From Candidatus Firestoneibacteriota bacterium (GTDB taxonomy: Bacteria > Oederibacteriota > D2-FULL-39-29 > JBBTED01): a DNA stretch of 64,000 nt. The position numbers were made by a program, and so were the translations under genes. The notes beneath the pieces are model-generated. The model made no database searches, was not told where the DNA came from, and was given only the letters and a program-made list of their open reading frames with translations. This document shows, in pieces, positions 1 through 9,106 of the stretch. Every line of letters starts with the position of its first letter. Position 1 is the first letter of the stretch. Location of the stretch: contig JBBTED010000021.1 in NCBI GenBank assembly GCA_038042445.1, forward strand, positions 76,024 through 140,023, given 5' to 3'.

Positions 1-656
1 ATGTCTGCGATTGTCTGAGGCATTTCAATTGCCTGTTTTCTACCCGCTTCAATCACAGCTTTTTTATCTGTCGACAACCCCGTTCTTTCATAAAGAAGCG
101 AACCAATTTGCCGCTGAAGCTGACGTTTGGACCAATTACCTTTTAAGCATTCATTTTCATAAAACGCGCGCTTCCATGGATCGTCAATAGATATCAGTTC
201 TACAAAATGAGTCCATGATAAATTTATAAGAAATTTAACCGCAAGAGGTTTTGGTAATTTTAATTTTCCTGTGTCTAATTTGCTCACCGCTGGCGGGCAT
301 TTTGAAAACATATTTATATTTTTTGGCAAAACAAATAAGTTCACCGCTGGTGAGCATATTTGTTCAGCAATCTGCGGATACATCTGATAAAAAAGACGCA
401 TTCGTTGAAGCATCTGCCGGCTGCATCCGGCTATGTTCCGCTTTTGTAAATCAACGGATAAGCGTGACAACAAGCTCTCCCCATACTCAGCCCGGTCTTT
501 ACCTTTTTGTTCATACTCAATGATATATGCTCCAATAAGCCAGTTACGTAAAATAAGAAAGCGATTTACCGTTCCAGCCGCACCAGATTGAGCCTGCTTA
601 TGGACTTTGCTGATGGTATCTATCAATGCGGAATAATTCAATTTTTCAGATTTCAT
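1..656 (-). CDS. YhcG/DUF1016 family (PD-(D/E)XK nuclease-associated) protein, 3' end runs off the window; absent from the ORF track
   Basis: Hand translation from ATG at 656: MKSEKLNYSALIDTISKVHKQAQSGAAGTVNRFLILRNWLIGAYIIEYEQKGKDRAEYGESLLSRLS...LSWTHFVELISIDDPWKRAFYENECLKGNWSKRQLQRQIGSLLYERTGLS; these are typical DUF1016 N-terminal motifs. Start overlaps the cas5 stop (ATGA). Confidence 0.9.
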   Translation of the reverse strand, partial: MKSEKLNYSALIDTISKVHKQAQSGAAGTVNRFLILRNWLIGAYIIEYEQKGKDRAEYGESLLSRLSVDLQKRNIAGCSRQMLQRMRLFYQMYPQIAEQICSPAVNLFVLPKNINMFSKCPPAVSKLDTGKLKLPKPLAVKFLINLSWTHFVELISIDDPWKRAFYENECLKGNWSKRQLQRQIGSLLYERTGLSTDKKAVIEAGRKQAIEMPQTIAD

Positions 657-1375
657 TTCCGCACCTCCTCGCTGTCCCATAAAGGAATAACTATTACACC
701 ATTATCTATCTTTGCCCGAAAAAATGCCGGCATTGGATTATTGATGTCTGTAAAATCCATGTCGTAAAGCATAAAACCGAGTTCTCTTGTTTCATCAATA
801 GGCTTTTTTTCTTTTTTCGGTTCTTCAATCAGCCTGAACATACACGAAAATTCGCGGCAACCCAAATAAGGACGATTGAAACATTGCCCTTTTCGCGCGC
901 GGCGTTCAAACATCGCGTTATATTTTCCCGGATTTTCGTCTTTTGGATCCCCTTCAAACTCAGTTTTTTCTTCTTTATCAATCAAATACTCTGGAACAGG
1001 ACTATAAGTTTTACTTCTTTTACCTAACGGTATAAATACAAGTTCCGCGTGTATTCGATATTTAACATCCCTCAAAAAAAGCCCCGCGCGTTGTTGACGA
1101 ACATCTTCGATGAAAAGTCCATCTGTTCGGTCGCTCATTACCGCGCCAACCTCATTGCGTCTTACAGATATCCATTTAATTGGATTTAACACTTCAATCT
1201 TTTTAACCTGCCATCTGATTGCCGGCTTCCAGAAAATCGCTTCAAAAATCGCCCGGCTGGCAGATGGCGTGATAACATCATAACTCACGCGTTCAACCTT
1301 CATCTCAGGCCGGGTAAAACAGGCGTAATCGCCCCAGACTTCAAGGCAAAAAGTTTTGTTAAAAAATGTAGACAT
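653..1375 (-). CDS. cas5c: Type I-C CRISPR-associated protein Cas5c (Cas5d)
   Basis: LEVWGDYACFTRPEMKVERVSYDVITPSA, WKPAIRW, RRNEV, PYLGCREF and LGFMLYD motifs. Start moved to ATG 1375, which follows an AAAGGAGG Shine-Dalgarno (ORF track starts at 1405). Confidence 0.96.
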   Translation of the reverse strand: MSTFFNKTFCLEVWGDYACFTRPEMKVERVSYDVITPSASRAIFEAIFWKPAIRWQVKKIEVLNPIKWISVRRNEVGAVMSDRTDGLFIEDVRQQRAGLFLRDVKYRIHAELVFIPLGKRSKTYSPVPEYLIDKEEKTEFEGDPKDENPGKYNAMFERRARKGQCFNRPYLGCREFSCMFRLIEEPKKEKKPIDETRELGFMLYDMDFTDINNPMPAFFRAKIDNGVIVIPLWDSEEVRK

Positions 1376-1415
1376 ATTTTCAATATCCTCCTTTCTAATA
1401 ACCATATTTTAGTAG

Positions 1416-3749
1416 TTAAAAAATAAATATTTCGCTGTCCCAATCCTTCGAATCCGGCAGAAGGCCTATACCTGGTTTGTAAAGCCCGGTTGCTTTCTGT
1501 ACCCAGTAGCCGTGAATGTCTTCAATATAATCTCCACGCTTTAATTTTTCAAAAACCGGCAAAGGCACATTTACAATAAATCGCTGTAACTTTCTGATTA
1601 TCCAACGTTCGGGTCCTTTGTTACGAAGATAATCGATAAAAGTCAGGCTGTTATTTCCCTTTCCTTGATACCAGACAATAATGCTTCTTTGAACTGTATC
1701 GTCTATAAGCCTTACATCCTGCGCAAAAGTGCGAAACTGGAATTTGAATTCTCCAGATTCTTTTACAAGTCTTTCTTGAAATTTTGGTTTGTCAAAATTA
1801 TTTACATATCCATAAAAATTTTTAAAATATTCAGTATATAGAATTGGCTGTAAATCATGTATAGGATAATTGCGTAAAACGCTTTTTGACGCATCCTCGC
1901 CCTTACGAAGAAGACCTGTAGGCGCTGACTTAGGCGGTTGAAAAACCACCATTTTACCCATACATCCCTCGTTATTTAATTTACCTTCACGATTACACCT
2001 GCCGGCCGCCTGAGCTATTGAATCCATGCCTGCTAAAGCACGATAAACAACTGGAAAATCAATATCCACACCAGCTTCAACAAGCTGAGTGCTGACAACG
2101 CGGACAGGCTCACTATTTTTAAGTTTATGTTTAACTGACGATATAATTTCGCTTCGTTCTTCTCCGCACATATTTGCTGATAAATGTATCGTATCTTTCG
2201 GCATTAAAGCATGCAGATCGCGACAATCCTGACGTGTATTGACGATGCAAAGCACTTGTTCATATTGCGCAAGCTGTTTCGCAACGTCAGGCCACTCCAT
2301 ACGTTCATCAAAATTTGGAGGTTCAATTTTAACTCTTTTGAATGACTTTGCAAGTTCCTCTGGATTGTCTATTATCTCAGTTACGTTTGACAGTCCTTCA
2401 AATACAGCCAGACCACTGCCGATTTTACCGCATAAAGCTGGCTGTGTAGCTGTACACAATATAACCGTAACTCCAAAATATTTAACTAAACCGCGCAAAG
2501 TTGAAAGTATCGGTTCAAGATATTCCGGCGGCAACATTTGAGCTTCATCAAGAATAATAACACTATTAACAATATTATGTAATTTCCTGCATGACGATGT
2601 ACGAAAAGCAAGCAATGATTCAAAAAGCTGGACATTAGTGGTAACTATTATAGGCACATCCCAGTTTTCAGAAGCAAGCCTGCTTTTATTATCTTCCTTA
2701 TCCGGGTCAATATTACTGTGATGTTCAAGCACTGAATCCTCTCCAAATAATATATTTCCACTTTTAATCGATTCAATAATTTTTTCTTCATCATCAGTTC
2801 CATATTTATAAACTTTTGCTGTTTGCTCAATTATACTTGTATATGGTATAGCCATAATAATCCGCTGTTTACCATATTTTAACGCATGTTCCAAAGCAAA
2901 GGCCATTGAAGAAAGAGTTTTTCCCCCGCCAGTTGGAACAGTAAGAGAGAAAAATCCCGGAGATAATACTGCTTTTTTGCGACAAGTATCAAGTATAATG
3001 TTACGCTGTTTATTAATCTGTTCAGAAAAATCTTTTTTATTTTCCATAAACCGGTCAAAACGTTCTTTTAAGGTTTTAATAGTTGGATAATTTCCACGAA
3101 GAGCAATTTTATTTTTATCCGATTCCATAAAAATTTCCGTATTAAGGAAATCCGCGTCTACAAGGCATGAAAATAGCATTCGTATCCAGAGATGAAAAAA
3201 TTCTTTACGATTTTCCATATCCTCCGGTTGTGATATATTAAGCGGTGTGGATTTTGGTAAATTCTTATTAATAAACTCCTGCGATTGCTCAATTAAATTA
3301 ATTTGGTCAAATTCTTTTTTATTTAAAATCCCTGAAAGCGGATCTGAATAAATACGATTAATTAAATCACCACCTGCATTATCAGGACTCCAATCCGGCA
3401 ATCCTGCATGATGACCAGCAACAATATAAGCAATAATCCGAGCAATAGCAGGATTTTTTATGCGTGAAAATGCCAGAACTGCTCCAACGGTACTATGATT
3501 TGGACGCCATCCATAACCTTCTATATGTGCGTCTTCATCATATCCTGATGCTTTAGAAAGATGTTTTTGCCAATCAGGAAGATATTTTCCCATATCATGC
3601 CAAAACCCCACAAGTTCAGCCCAATCTTGATTGCCAAATTCAGATGCGAATTCTTTTGCCTTTTTTGCTGTTTCATCAAGATGTTCTTTTATAGTCTGAG
3701 TTTCCCATTGTCCTAGTTCGTTTTTCTTTACATGTGCAAAATCTTTCAT
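1416..3749 (-). CDS. cas3: CRISPR-associated helicase/nuclease Cas3 (HD + SF2 helicase)
   Basis: HD-domain motifs EHL...WHDMGK...HHAGL...LVDAD, Walker A PTGGGKT, DEAQ, TAT, QAAGRCNR. Start placed at MKDFAH (3749); the longer ORF overlaps the upstream gene. Confidence 0.96.
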   Translation of the reverse strand: MKDFAHVKKNELGQWETQTIKEHLDETAKKAKEFASEFGNQDWAELVGFWHDMGKYLPDWQKHLSKASGYDEDAHIEGYGWRPNHSTVGAVLAFSRIKNPAIARIIAYIVAGHHAGLPDWSPDNAGGDLINRIYSDPLSGILNKKEFDQINLIEQSQEFINKNLPKSTPLNISQPEDMENRKEFFHLWIRMLFSCLVDADFLNTEIFMESDKNKIALRGNYPTIKTLKERFDRFMENKKDFSEQINKQRNIILDTCRKKAVLSPGFFSLTVPTGGGKTLSSMAFALEHALKYGKQRIIMAIPYTSIIEQTAKVYKYGTDDEEKIIESIKSGNILFGEDSVLEHHSNIDPDKEDNKSRLASENWDVPIIVTTNVQLFESLLAFRTSSCRKLHNIVNSVIILDEAQMLPPEYLEPILSTLRGLVKYFGVTVILCTATQPALCGKIGSGLAVFEGLSNVTEIIDNPEELAKSFKRVKIEPPNFDERMEWPDVAKQLAQYEQVLCIVNTRQDCRDLHALMPKDTIHLSANMCGEERSEIISSVKHKLKNSEPVRVVSTQLVEAGVDIDFPVVYRALAGMDSIAQAAGRCNREGKLNNEGCMGKMVVFQPPKSAPTGLLRKGEDASKSVLRNYPIHDLQPILYTEYFKNFYGYVNNFDKPKFQERLVKESGEFKFQFRTFAQDVRLIDDTVQRSIIVWYQGKGNNSLTFIDYLRNKGPERWIIRKLQRFIVNVPLPVFEKLKRGDYIEDIHGYWVQKATGLYKPGIGLLPDSKDWDSEIFIF

Positions 3750-3760
3750 TTTAAACCTTT

Positions 3761-5131
3761 TTACCCTACGATGCCGTAGGTTCTTTGTTTGAAATCTACG
3801 GCTAATTCTTTGGCTATGTTCTTGCATTGTTCTATATCTACTGATGGTGCATCAACAGCAGTAACTACAACTTTTGGGATATGTTTTTTGCATTCCAGGA
3901 TAAACTTTTTCATTTCATCATAAATAGAAACAGATTGCGCAAATTGACTCTGACAAAGTTTGTCATACTTGTCAGCAGTATCTGTATTTAAACTTATTGA
4001 AATTGTATCTATATACCTCGCAAGTTCTGGAACTATATTCCTATTATGTATCATATTTCCATGACCATTAGTATTTATTCGCAAACGAATTCCTTTTGCC
4101 TTGAAAATTTTAGCGCTTTCCAAAATCAAATTCAAACGTATAAGAGGTTCTCCATATCCGCAATAAACTATTTCATCATAGTCATTTGGATTTTTCACCT
4201 CATTCATTATATCCTCAATTGTTGGTTCACGCTTTAATCTAAGATTATGACCTCGAACAAAATCACTGTTATACCTCGCGCAAAATGTACAAGTATTTGA
4301 ACAACGATTTGTTATATTTAAATATAATGAATTACGAATTTTATAAGATATTTTACTTGCTTCTTCAACACCAACTCTAAATAGATATTTCGCATTTATT
4401 GTTGTCCAATGTTCAACTTCAGCTAATTCTATGTTTTTAAGTTCTGCTATTTTTTGGGCTACCTCTACAATATATGATGGCTCATTTCTCATACCTCTTT
4501 TAGATTGTGGAGGAAGATATGGAGCATCTGTTTCAAGTATTATCCTATAAATAGGTAATAGTTTTATTGTACTTTGCAATTTGACAGAATTAGGATAAGT
4601 GATTGTTCCTCCAATTGAGAAATAAAAACCCATATCCAAACATTCTTTCATCATCATCTCATTGCCTGAAAAACAATGTAAAACTCCACCTATTTCCTGC
4701 GCATTTTCTTCTTTTAAGATTCTCAAAACATCGTTATGGGCATCTCTATCATGGACAACAATTGGAAGTGCCAATTTATGCGCTAATTTTATCTGTGCCC
4801 TAAAATTTTTCTCCTGAGCTTCTTTTGAAGTAGTGCTTCTATAGTAATCCAACCCAGTTTCACCAATTGCTACAACTTTTGGATTTTTGCCAAGAGCAAA
4901 AAACTTATCATAAGTTTCCTCTGACATAGTATTGGCATAATGCGGATGCACACCTATTGTTGTATAAATATTCTCGTATTTTTCAGATAAAGCAATGGAT
5001 TGAATACTACTTTCAAGACAAGTGCCTATATTTACCAAATAATCTACACCTGATTCTTTTGCCCTGCGAATAACATCCTCGCGGTCAGAATCGTATTTTT
5101 TATCTTCTAAATGTATGTGTGTATCAATCAT
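3761..5131 (-). CDS. tatD: TatD-family nuclease fused to a C-terminal TatD-associated radical SAM domain
   Basis: DTHIH, GVHPH, GETGLDY, ETDAPY (TatD), then LYLNITNRCSNTCTFC (CxxxCxxC) and GYGEP. Confidence 0.92.
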   Translation of the reverse strand: MIDTHIHLEDKKYDSDREDVIRRAKESGVDYLVNIGTCLESSIQSIALSEKYENIYTTIGVHPHYANTMSEETYDKFFALGKNPKVVAIGETGLDYYRSTTSKEAQEKNFRAQIKLAHKLALPIVVHDRDAHNDVLRILKEENAQEIGGVLHCFSGNEMMMKECLDMGFYFSIGGTITYPNSVKLQSTIKLLPIYRIILETDAPYLPPQSKRGMRNEPSYIVEVAQKIAELKNIELAEVEHWTTINAKYLFRVGVEEASKISYKIRNSLYLNITNRCSNTCTFCARYNSDFVRGHNLRLKREPTIEDIMNEVKNPNDYDEIVYCGYGEPLIRLNLILESAKIFKAKGIRLRINTNGHGNMIHNRNIVPELARYIDTISISLNTDTADKYDKLCQSQFAQSVSIYDEMKKFILECKKHIPKVVVTAVDAPSVDIEQCKNIAKELAVDFKQRTYGIVG

Positions 5132-5133
5132 AA

Positions 5134-6435
5134 TTAAGATCCTGAAACAAGTTCAGGATGACCTTCTCGGGTTATTTTTGAAATTGCGTCTGTGAAAAAA
5201 TCTTCTGTTCCGAAGCCTCCTGATTTTAGCACTAATAACATCTCTTTTTCCATTGCTAAACTTACAGGAACACCAGGTTGAATTTCTTTAAGAATTAAAC
5301 TGCAAATTATTCCCAATTTTCTGCAAACAGTTACTGCTGTATCTCCACCTGCAATAATTAATTTTGTTATATTGATTTTTTTAGACACTTTAAATACAGT
5401 TTCAGCCAAAACTTCTGATACTTTTTCGCATATAGTTTTTATATCTGCATCCAGTTCTTTAGTTTTTTCAATAATACCTTTATCTAAAGCTGAAGTTATC
5501 AAAACATTTTTACCTGACTTAATTAAATCTATTGTAGCATCAATTATTGTATTTATCTCAATATTAAATTTGTCAGGATCAGACCATAACAGATTTGTAT
5601 TTATCTGAAATACTTCTATATCATTTTTTTTTGCGAATAAAGTTTGTTTTCTACTTACTTCTGTAGCACTACCTACTACTATTAGAGTTCCTAAGGTGTC
5701 ATTGCTAACTTGTTTCGGAATTTTACATATAGATTCTGAAACAAGTTCAGAATGACAAGGTAATTCTTCTGCTAATGCAGAACTACCTGCAAATACAGGC
5801 ATATCAGAAACAACTTGCGCTATAATTTTCAAATCATCTTGCAACACTGTGTCTATTATTACTATCTGAAATTTATTTTTAGCAGTTTCAATTGCTTCTT
5901 TTAGTTTTGCAACTCCATCCCTTACTATATCTAATGTTATTAAACCCACTTTTAATTGTGTTTGTGAGCTTATTATTTTTGGCAAATACGAATCTTTCAT
6001 TGGATGAATTATATCTTTATTTCTTTCTGTGTTTTCTAATAATATTTCATTTATATAATGATACCCGTTTTTAGTAGTTCTATTATTTTTAGGAAATGCA
6101 GGAACAAGAATAATAAATTTACAATTACATTCATTCATAACAGCTTCTATTTCTGAACCTATGTTTCCTCTGAGTGTAGAATCTATTTTTTTATAAATAA
6201 ATTTGCATCCCAATGATAATAATTTATTCGCAGCTTTCTTAACTTTTTCATAAGCAAGATTTTTATCATCATATCTGCTATTTGTATCAATTATTATAAC
6301 ATCAGTCTTATCAGTATACTCAACTATTTTGTCCATTGCTTCAAATAAAAACACTCTGGTTATACACCCATTTTTTGCAAACATTGAACCAACATCATTT
6401 GCACCAGTTAAATCATCAGCAATAACACCAATCAT
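5134..6435 (-). CDS. Four-carbon acid sugar kinase family protein (DUF1537/DtnK-like)
   Basis: IADDLTGAND, YKKIDSTLRGN, PAFP, GGDTA and KSGGFG motifs. Confidence 0.9.
   Translation of the reverse strand: MIGVIADDLTGANDVGSMFAKNGCITRVFLFEAMDKIVEYTDKTDVIIIDTNSRYDDKNLAYEKVKKAANKLLSLGCKFIYKKIDSTLRGNIGSEIEAVMNECNCKFIILVPAFPKNNRTTKNGYHYINEILLENTERNKDIIHPMKDSYLPKIISSQTQLKVGLITLDIVRDGVAKLKEAIETAKNKFQIVIIDTVLQDDLKIIAQVVSDMPVFAGSSALAEELPCHSELVSESICKIPKQVSNDTLGTLIVVGSATEVSRKQTLFAKKNDIEVFQINTNLLWSDPDKFNIEINTIIDATIDLIKSGKNVLITSALDKGIIEKTKELDADIKTICEKVSEVLAETVFKVSKKINITKLIIAGGDTAVTVCRKLGIICSLILKEIQPGVPVSLAMEKEMLLVLKSGGFGTEDFFTDAISKITREGHPELVSGS
5137..5162. repeat. Palindromic repeat family A, single arm, encoding the kinase C-terminus (HPELVSGS)
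   Basis: AGATCCTGAAACAAGTTCAGGATGAC matches the intergenic arms within 8998-9066 and 38406-38464. Confidence 0.85.
5697..5757. repeat. Palindromic repeat family A doublet, in frame inside the kinase CDS
   Basis: TGTCATTGCTAACTTGTTTCGGAATTT...AGATTCTGAAACAAGTTCAGAATGACA; translated as CHSELVSESICKIPKQVSND. Confidence 0.85.
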
Positions 6436-6446
6436 AATTTTTTTAT

Positions 6447-6468
6447 TGCCGATAAATCGGCAACTACA
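6447..6468. repeat. GTAG-type REP palindrome (family B1)
   Basis: TGCCGATAAATCGGCAACTACA; same unit at 11585 and 16493. Confidence 0.85.
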
Positions 6469-6476
6469 TTACCTTT

Positions 6477-8936
6477 TTATTTACCTTCAAATTTTTGAAT
6501 GCTTTGTATTGCAGGTGCATATTTTGGATCTATTTTTAATGTTTGTTTCCAGCAAGAAAGCGCCATATTTAAATTCCCAAGTTTTTGATATATTACTCCA
6601 AGATTATAATATCCTGCTATATACTTAGGGTTTATAGATATAACTTTTTTATACTCATTCATTGCTTCCTGAAGTCCACCTTTTATTAAATACACATTAC
6701 CTAAATTAAAATGAGCTTCTACAGAATCTGGCATAATTTCTATAGCTCTTTTATATTCCTGCATTGCCTCTTCTTTCAAACCTTTATTAAAATATGTTGT
6801 GCCTAAATTTATACGCGCCTCACCTGAATTTGAATTAAGAGTAAGAGCTCTTTTATATTCTTCTATTGCAGCATCCTGCAATTGCAAATTGTCATAAGCA
6901 TTTCCCAAATTTATATGTGCCTCTACAGAATTAGGATTAATAGATAACGACTTGCAATATTCTTCCACTGCTTGCTTTAGTAAACCTTTAGTCATATATG
7001 CATTTCCAAGATTGAAATATGCGCTTGAATAATTAGTTTTCAACTCTATTGCTTTTTTATATTCTGCTATTGCCTCTTCTATCATTCCTTTATTATCATA
7101 AGCAGTTCCAAGATTTAAATGCGCTTCAGCAGAACCGGGATTTATTCCAACTGCTTTCTTGCAACTTTCTATAGCCCCATCCGACATACCTTTATCCATA
7201 AGTAAAATTCCTAAATTACTCTGAACCCATTCATTATCATATCCTATTTCACCTGATATTCTAAAACTCTCATTTGCTTTATTTAATTCACCTTTCTTAT
7301 AATAATAATCACCAAGTTGATATAAATATTGCGACACCATATTGCGTGTAATATAATCTTTCTGAATATTTTTATCATATATCCCACGAAATTTATATAG
7401 CTGCCAATAATCTTTTTTGTCCTTAAAATCACCTTTTTTCTCAACAACTCTATTCAGTAAACCTACAGGCTCTAAAGTTATTCCTGCCATATCATGTTTT
7501 GTATTTTCAAGAGTATAATAAGCTGGCCGATTTAATTCATAAATTTTTTGCTTTTGAATCAACACACGTTTTTTATCCTGTTCCATATCTGCCATTTTTA
7601 TAAATCCATCTCCATAAATATTGGGAAATATATAACCACTATCATCATACGCTATTACATCTGGACGCATATTTTTAACCTGTAAAAGATAGGATAAAGA
7701 AAACATTGAATTATCGCCAGATGCAATAATAATTGAATTTTCAGGAAGTGCAGCCAAAAGACAACCGCCATAATCATACGCCATATAATGTTTATGCCTA
7801 TCATTTTCAAAATAGTTTAATTTAAGAGGAATCAAAGGAAAAAATAGAACAATTATAGCTGCAAAATTAAATATTCGTTTGTTTGATATTTTCTCAATTA
7901 AAAATTTAAGTCCTATACCAAACCATATTGCAAAAATAATATAAGATGCGGTAAAAAATTCAGAAACTGACATAACCGATGCAGCGGTAATTTTGAAATT
8001 CAAGAGGAAAATAAAACCTACACTTAAAATTAAAAATAGTGAAACAGTCAAAATAAAATATTTTTTGTGTGTTTTATAAAGACAAATTATACCTGCTATA
8101 GAAATCAGACCCAAAAATGGTGAAAATTCTTTTCCAATAAGCTTTATGTATTCCCATATCTGTTGAAAAAATAAGCTGATTGTTCTTGAATCTTTAGAAA
8201 GTTTACCATATTGCCTACGTCGGACATGGTCTAAAAATCTTTCAAGATTATCTGGATTTCCCCAATTTACTTTTGGAGAAATAGATGCTCTTATTGGAAG
8301 ATACAAATAAATCAGAAGCCCTAAAAGAAATAATACTGAAATCAATAATAAATTTTTACGTTCTTTTAATATTTGAGGTCTACACAATATTACCCAAACT
8401 ACAATAACAGGTCCTAACAACATCATTGTATTGTGATTTCCCAAGCTTATGGCATAGAGAAAAGAAATAAGACAAAGGATATTGTTTTTAGATGTCTCAT
8501 ACCACTGAACAAGCAAATAAATTAAAATAGAAACAAAAAAAGTATTTAACGGATAAACTTCCGCTATTACTGCTTGCGACCAAAGTGTATTTGAAAAATT
8601 AAGACATAAACTTGCACATACAGCCGGTAAAACTGTAGTCATTAAACCTACTTTGCTAAACTTCAAAATTTTTAAAAGAGCAAGATAAATAAACAAACCA
8701 GACATTGAACTTAGAAATGCATTCATAAGATTAACTCTAAAAGCAATATCACCCAGTGGAATAAATGTAAAAAGTTTTCCAATAATACAAAATAATGGAT
8801 AACCAGGAGGATGAGGAATACCAAGATTATACACCGCAGATATTAACTCACCTGCATCACCAACATATACAGAAGGACATATTGTCCTCAAATATACAAA
8901 AAACGAAACTAAAACAACAAAAATTCCACCTAACAT
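6477..8936 (-). CDS. DUF2723 (TMEM260-like, putative GT-C glycosyltransferase) membrane protein with C-terminal TPR array
   Basis: GDAGEL...LGIPHPPGYPLF, AEVY, YLYLPIRA...NWGNP, many transmembrane segments, GDN motif, tandem TPRs. Confidence 0.85.
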   Translation of the reverse strand: MLGGIFVVLVSFFVYLRTICPSVYVGDAGELISAVYNLGIPHPPGYPLFCIIGKLFTFIPLGDIAFRVNLMNAFLSSMSGLFIYLALLKILKFSKVGLMTTVLPAVCASLCLNFSNTLWSQAVIAEVYPLNTFFVSILIYLLVQWYETSKNNILCLISFLYAISLGNHNTMMLLGPVIVVWVILCRPQILKERKNLLLISVLFLLGLLIYLYLPIRASISPKVNWGNPDNLERFLDHVRRRQYGKLSKDSRTISLFFQQIWEYIKLIGKEFSPFLGLISIAGIICLYKTHKKYFILTVSLFLILSVGFIFLLNFKITAASVMSVSEFFTASYIIFAIWFGIGLKFLIEKISNKRIFNFAAIIVLFFPLIPLKLNYFENDRHKHYMAYDYGGCLLAALPENSIIIASGDNSMFSLSYLLQVKNMRPDVIAYDDSGYIFPNIYGDGFIKMADMEQDKKRVLIQKQKIYELNRPAYYTLENTKHDMAGITLEPVGLLNRVVEKKGDFKDKKDYWQLYKFRGIYDKNIQKDYITRNMVSQYLYQLGDYYYKKGELNKANESFRISGEIGYDNEWVQSNLGILLMDKGMSDGAIESCKKAVGINPGSAEAHLNLGTAYDNKGMIEEAIAEYKKAIELKTNYSSAYFNLGNAYMTKGLLKQAVEEYCKSLSINPNSVEAHINLGNAYDNLQLQDAAIEEYKRALTLNSNSGEARINLGTTYFNKGLKEEAMQEYKRAIEIMPDSVEAHFNLGNVYLIKGGLQEAMNEYKKVISINPKYIAGYYNLGVIYQKLGNLNMALSCWKQTLKIDPKYAPAIQSIQKFEGK

Positions 8937-8967
8937 AATTTTTCTTTCCTAAATTTCCACTTTCAAA

Positions 8968-9087
8968 ACTGTGTCATAATGAGAATATTACGCGTTTTGT
9001 CATGCTGAATTCATTTCAGCATCTAATAAATTTGTTTTTAGACCCTGAAACAAGTTCAGGGTGACAAAAAACCGCTTATGACACAGT
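8968..9087. repeat. Family A doublet (8998-9066) enclosed by a perfect 12-bp inverted repeat; MITE-like
   Basis: ACTGTGTCATAA (8968-8979) and TTATGACACAGT (9076-9087) flank TGTCATGCTGAATTCATTTCAGCATCT...AGACCCTGAAACAAGTTCAGGGTGACA. Confidence 0.8.
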
Positions 9088-9106
9088 CTATTTCGTAGAA
9101 ATGACA

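Noticed and set aside
940..1030. Apparent acidic insertion in Cas5c
   Set aside because: Lies in a region I believe is length-variable among Cas5c proteins and has no repeat signature; cannot be called unusual without an alignment.
1..5131. CRISPR array near the cas genes
   Set aside because: No regularly spaced direct repeats with unique spacers were seen anywhere in the window; an array may lie beyond the left edge.
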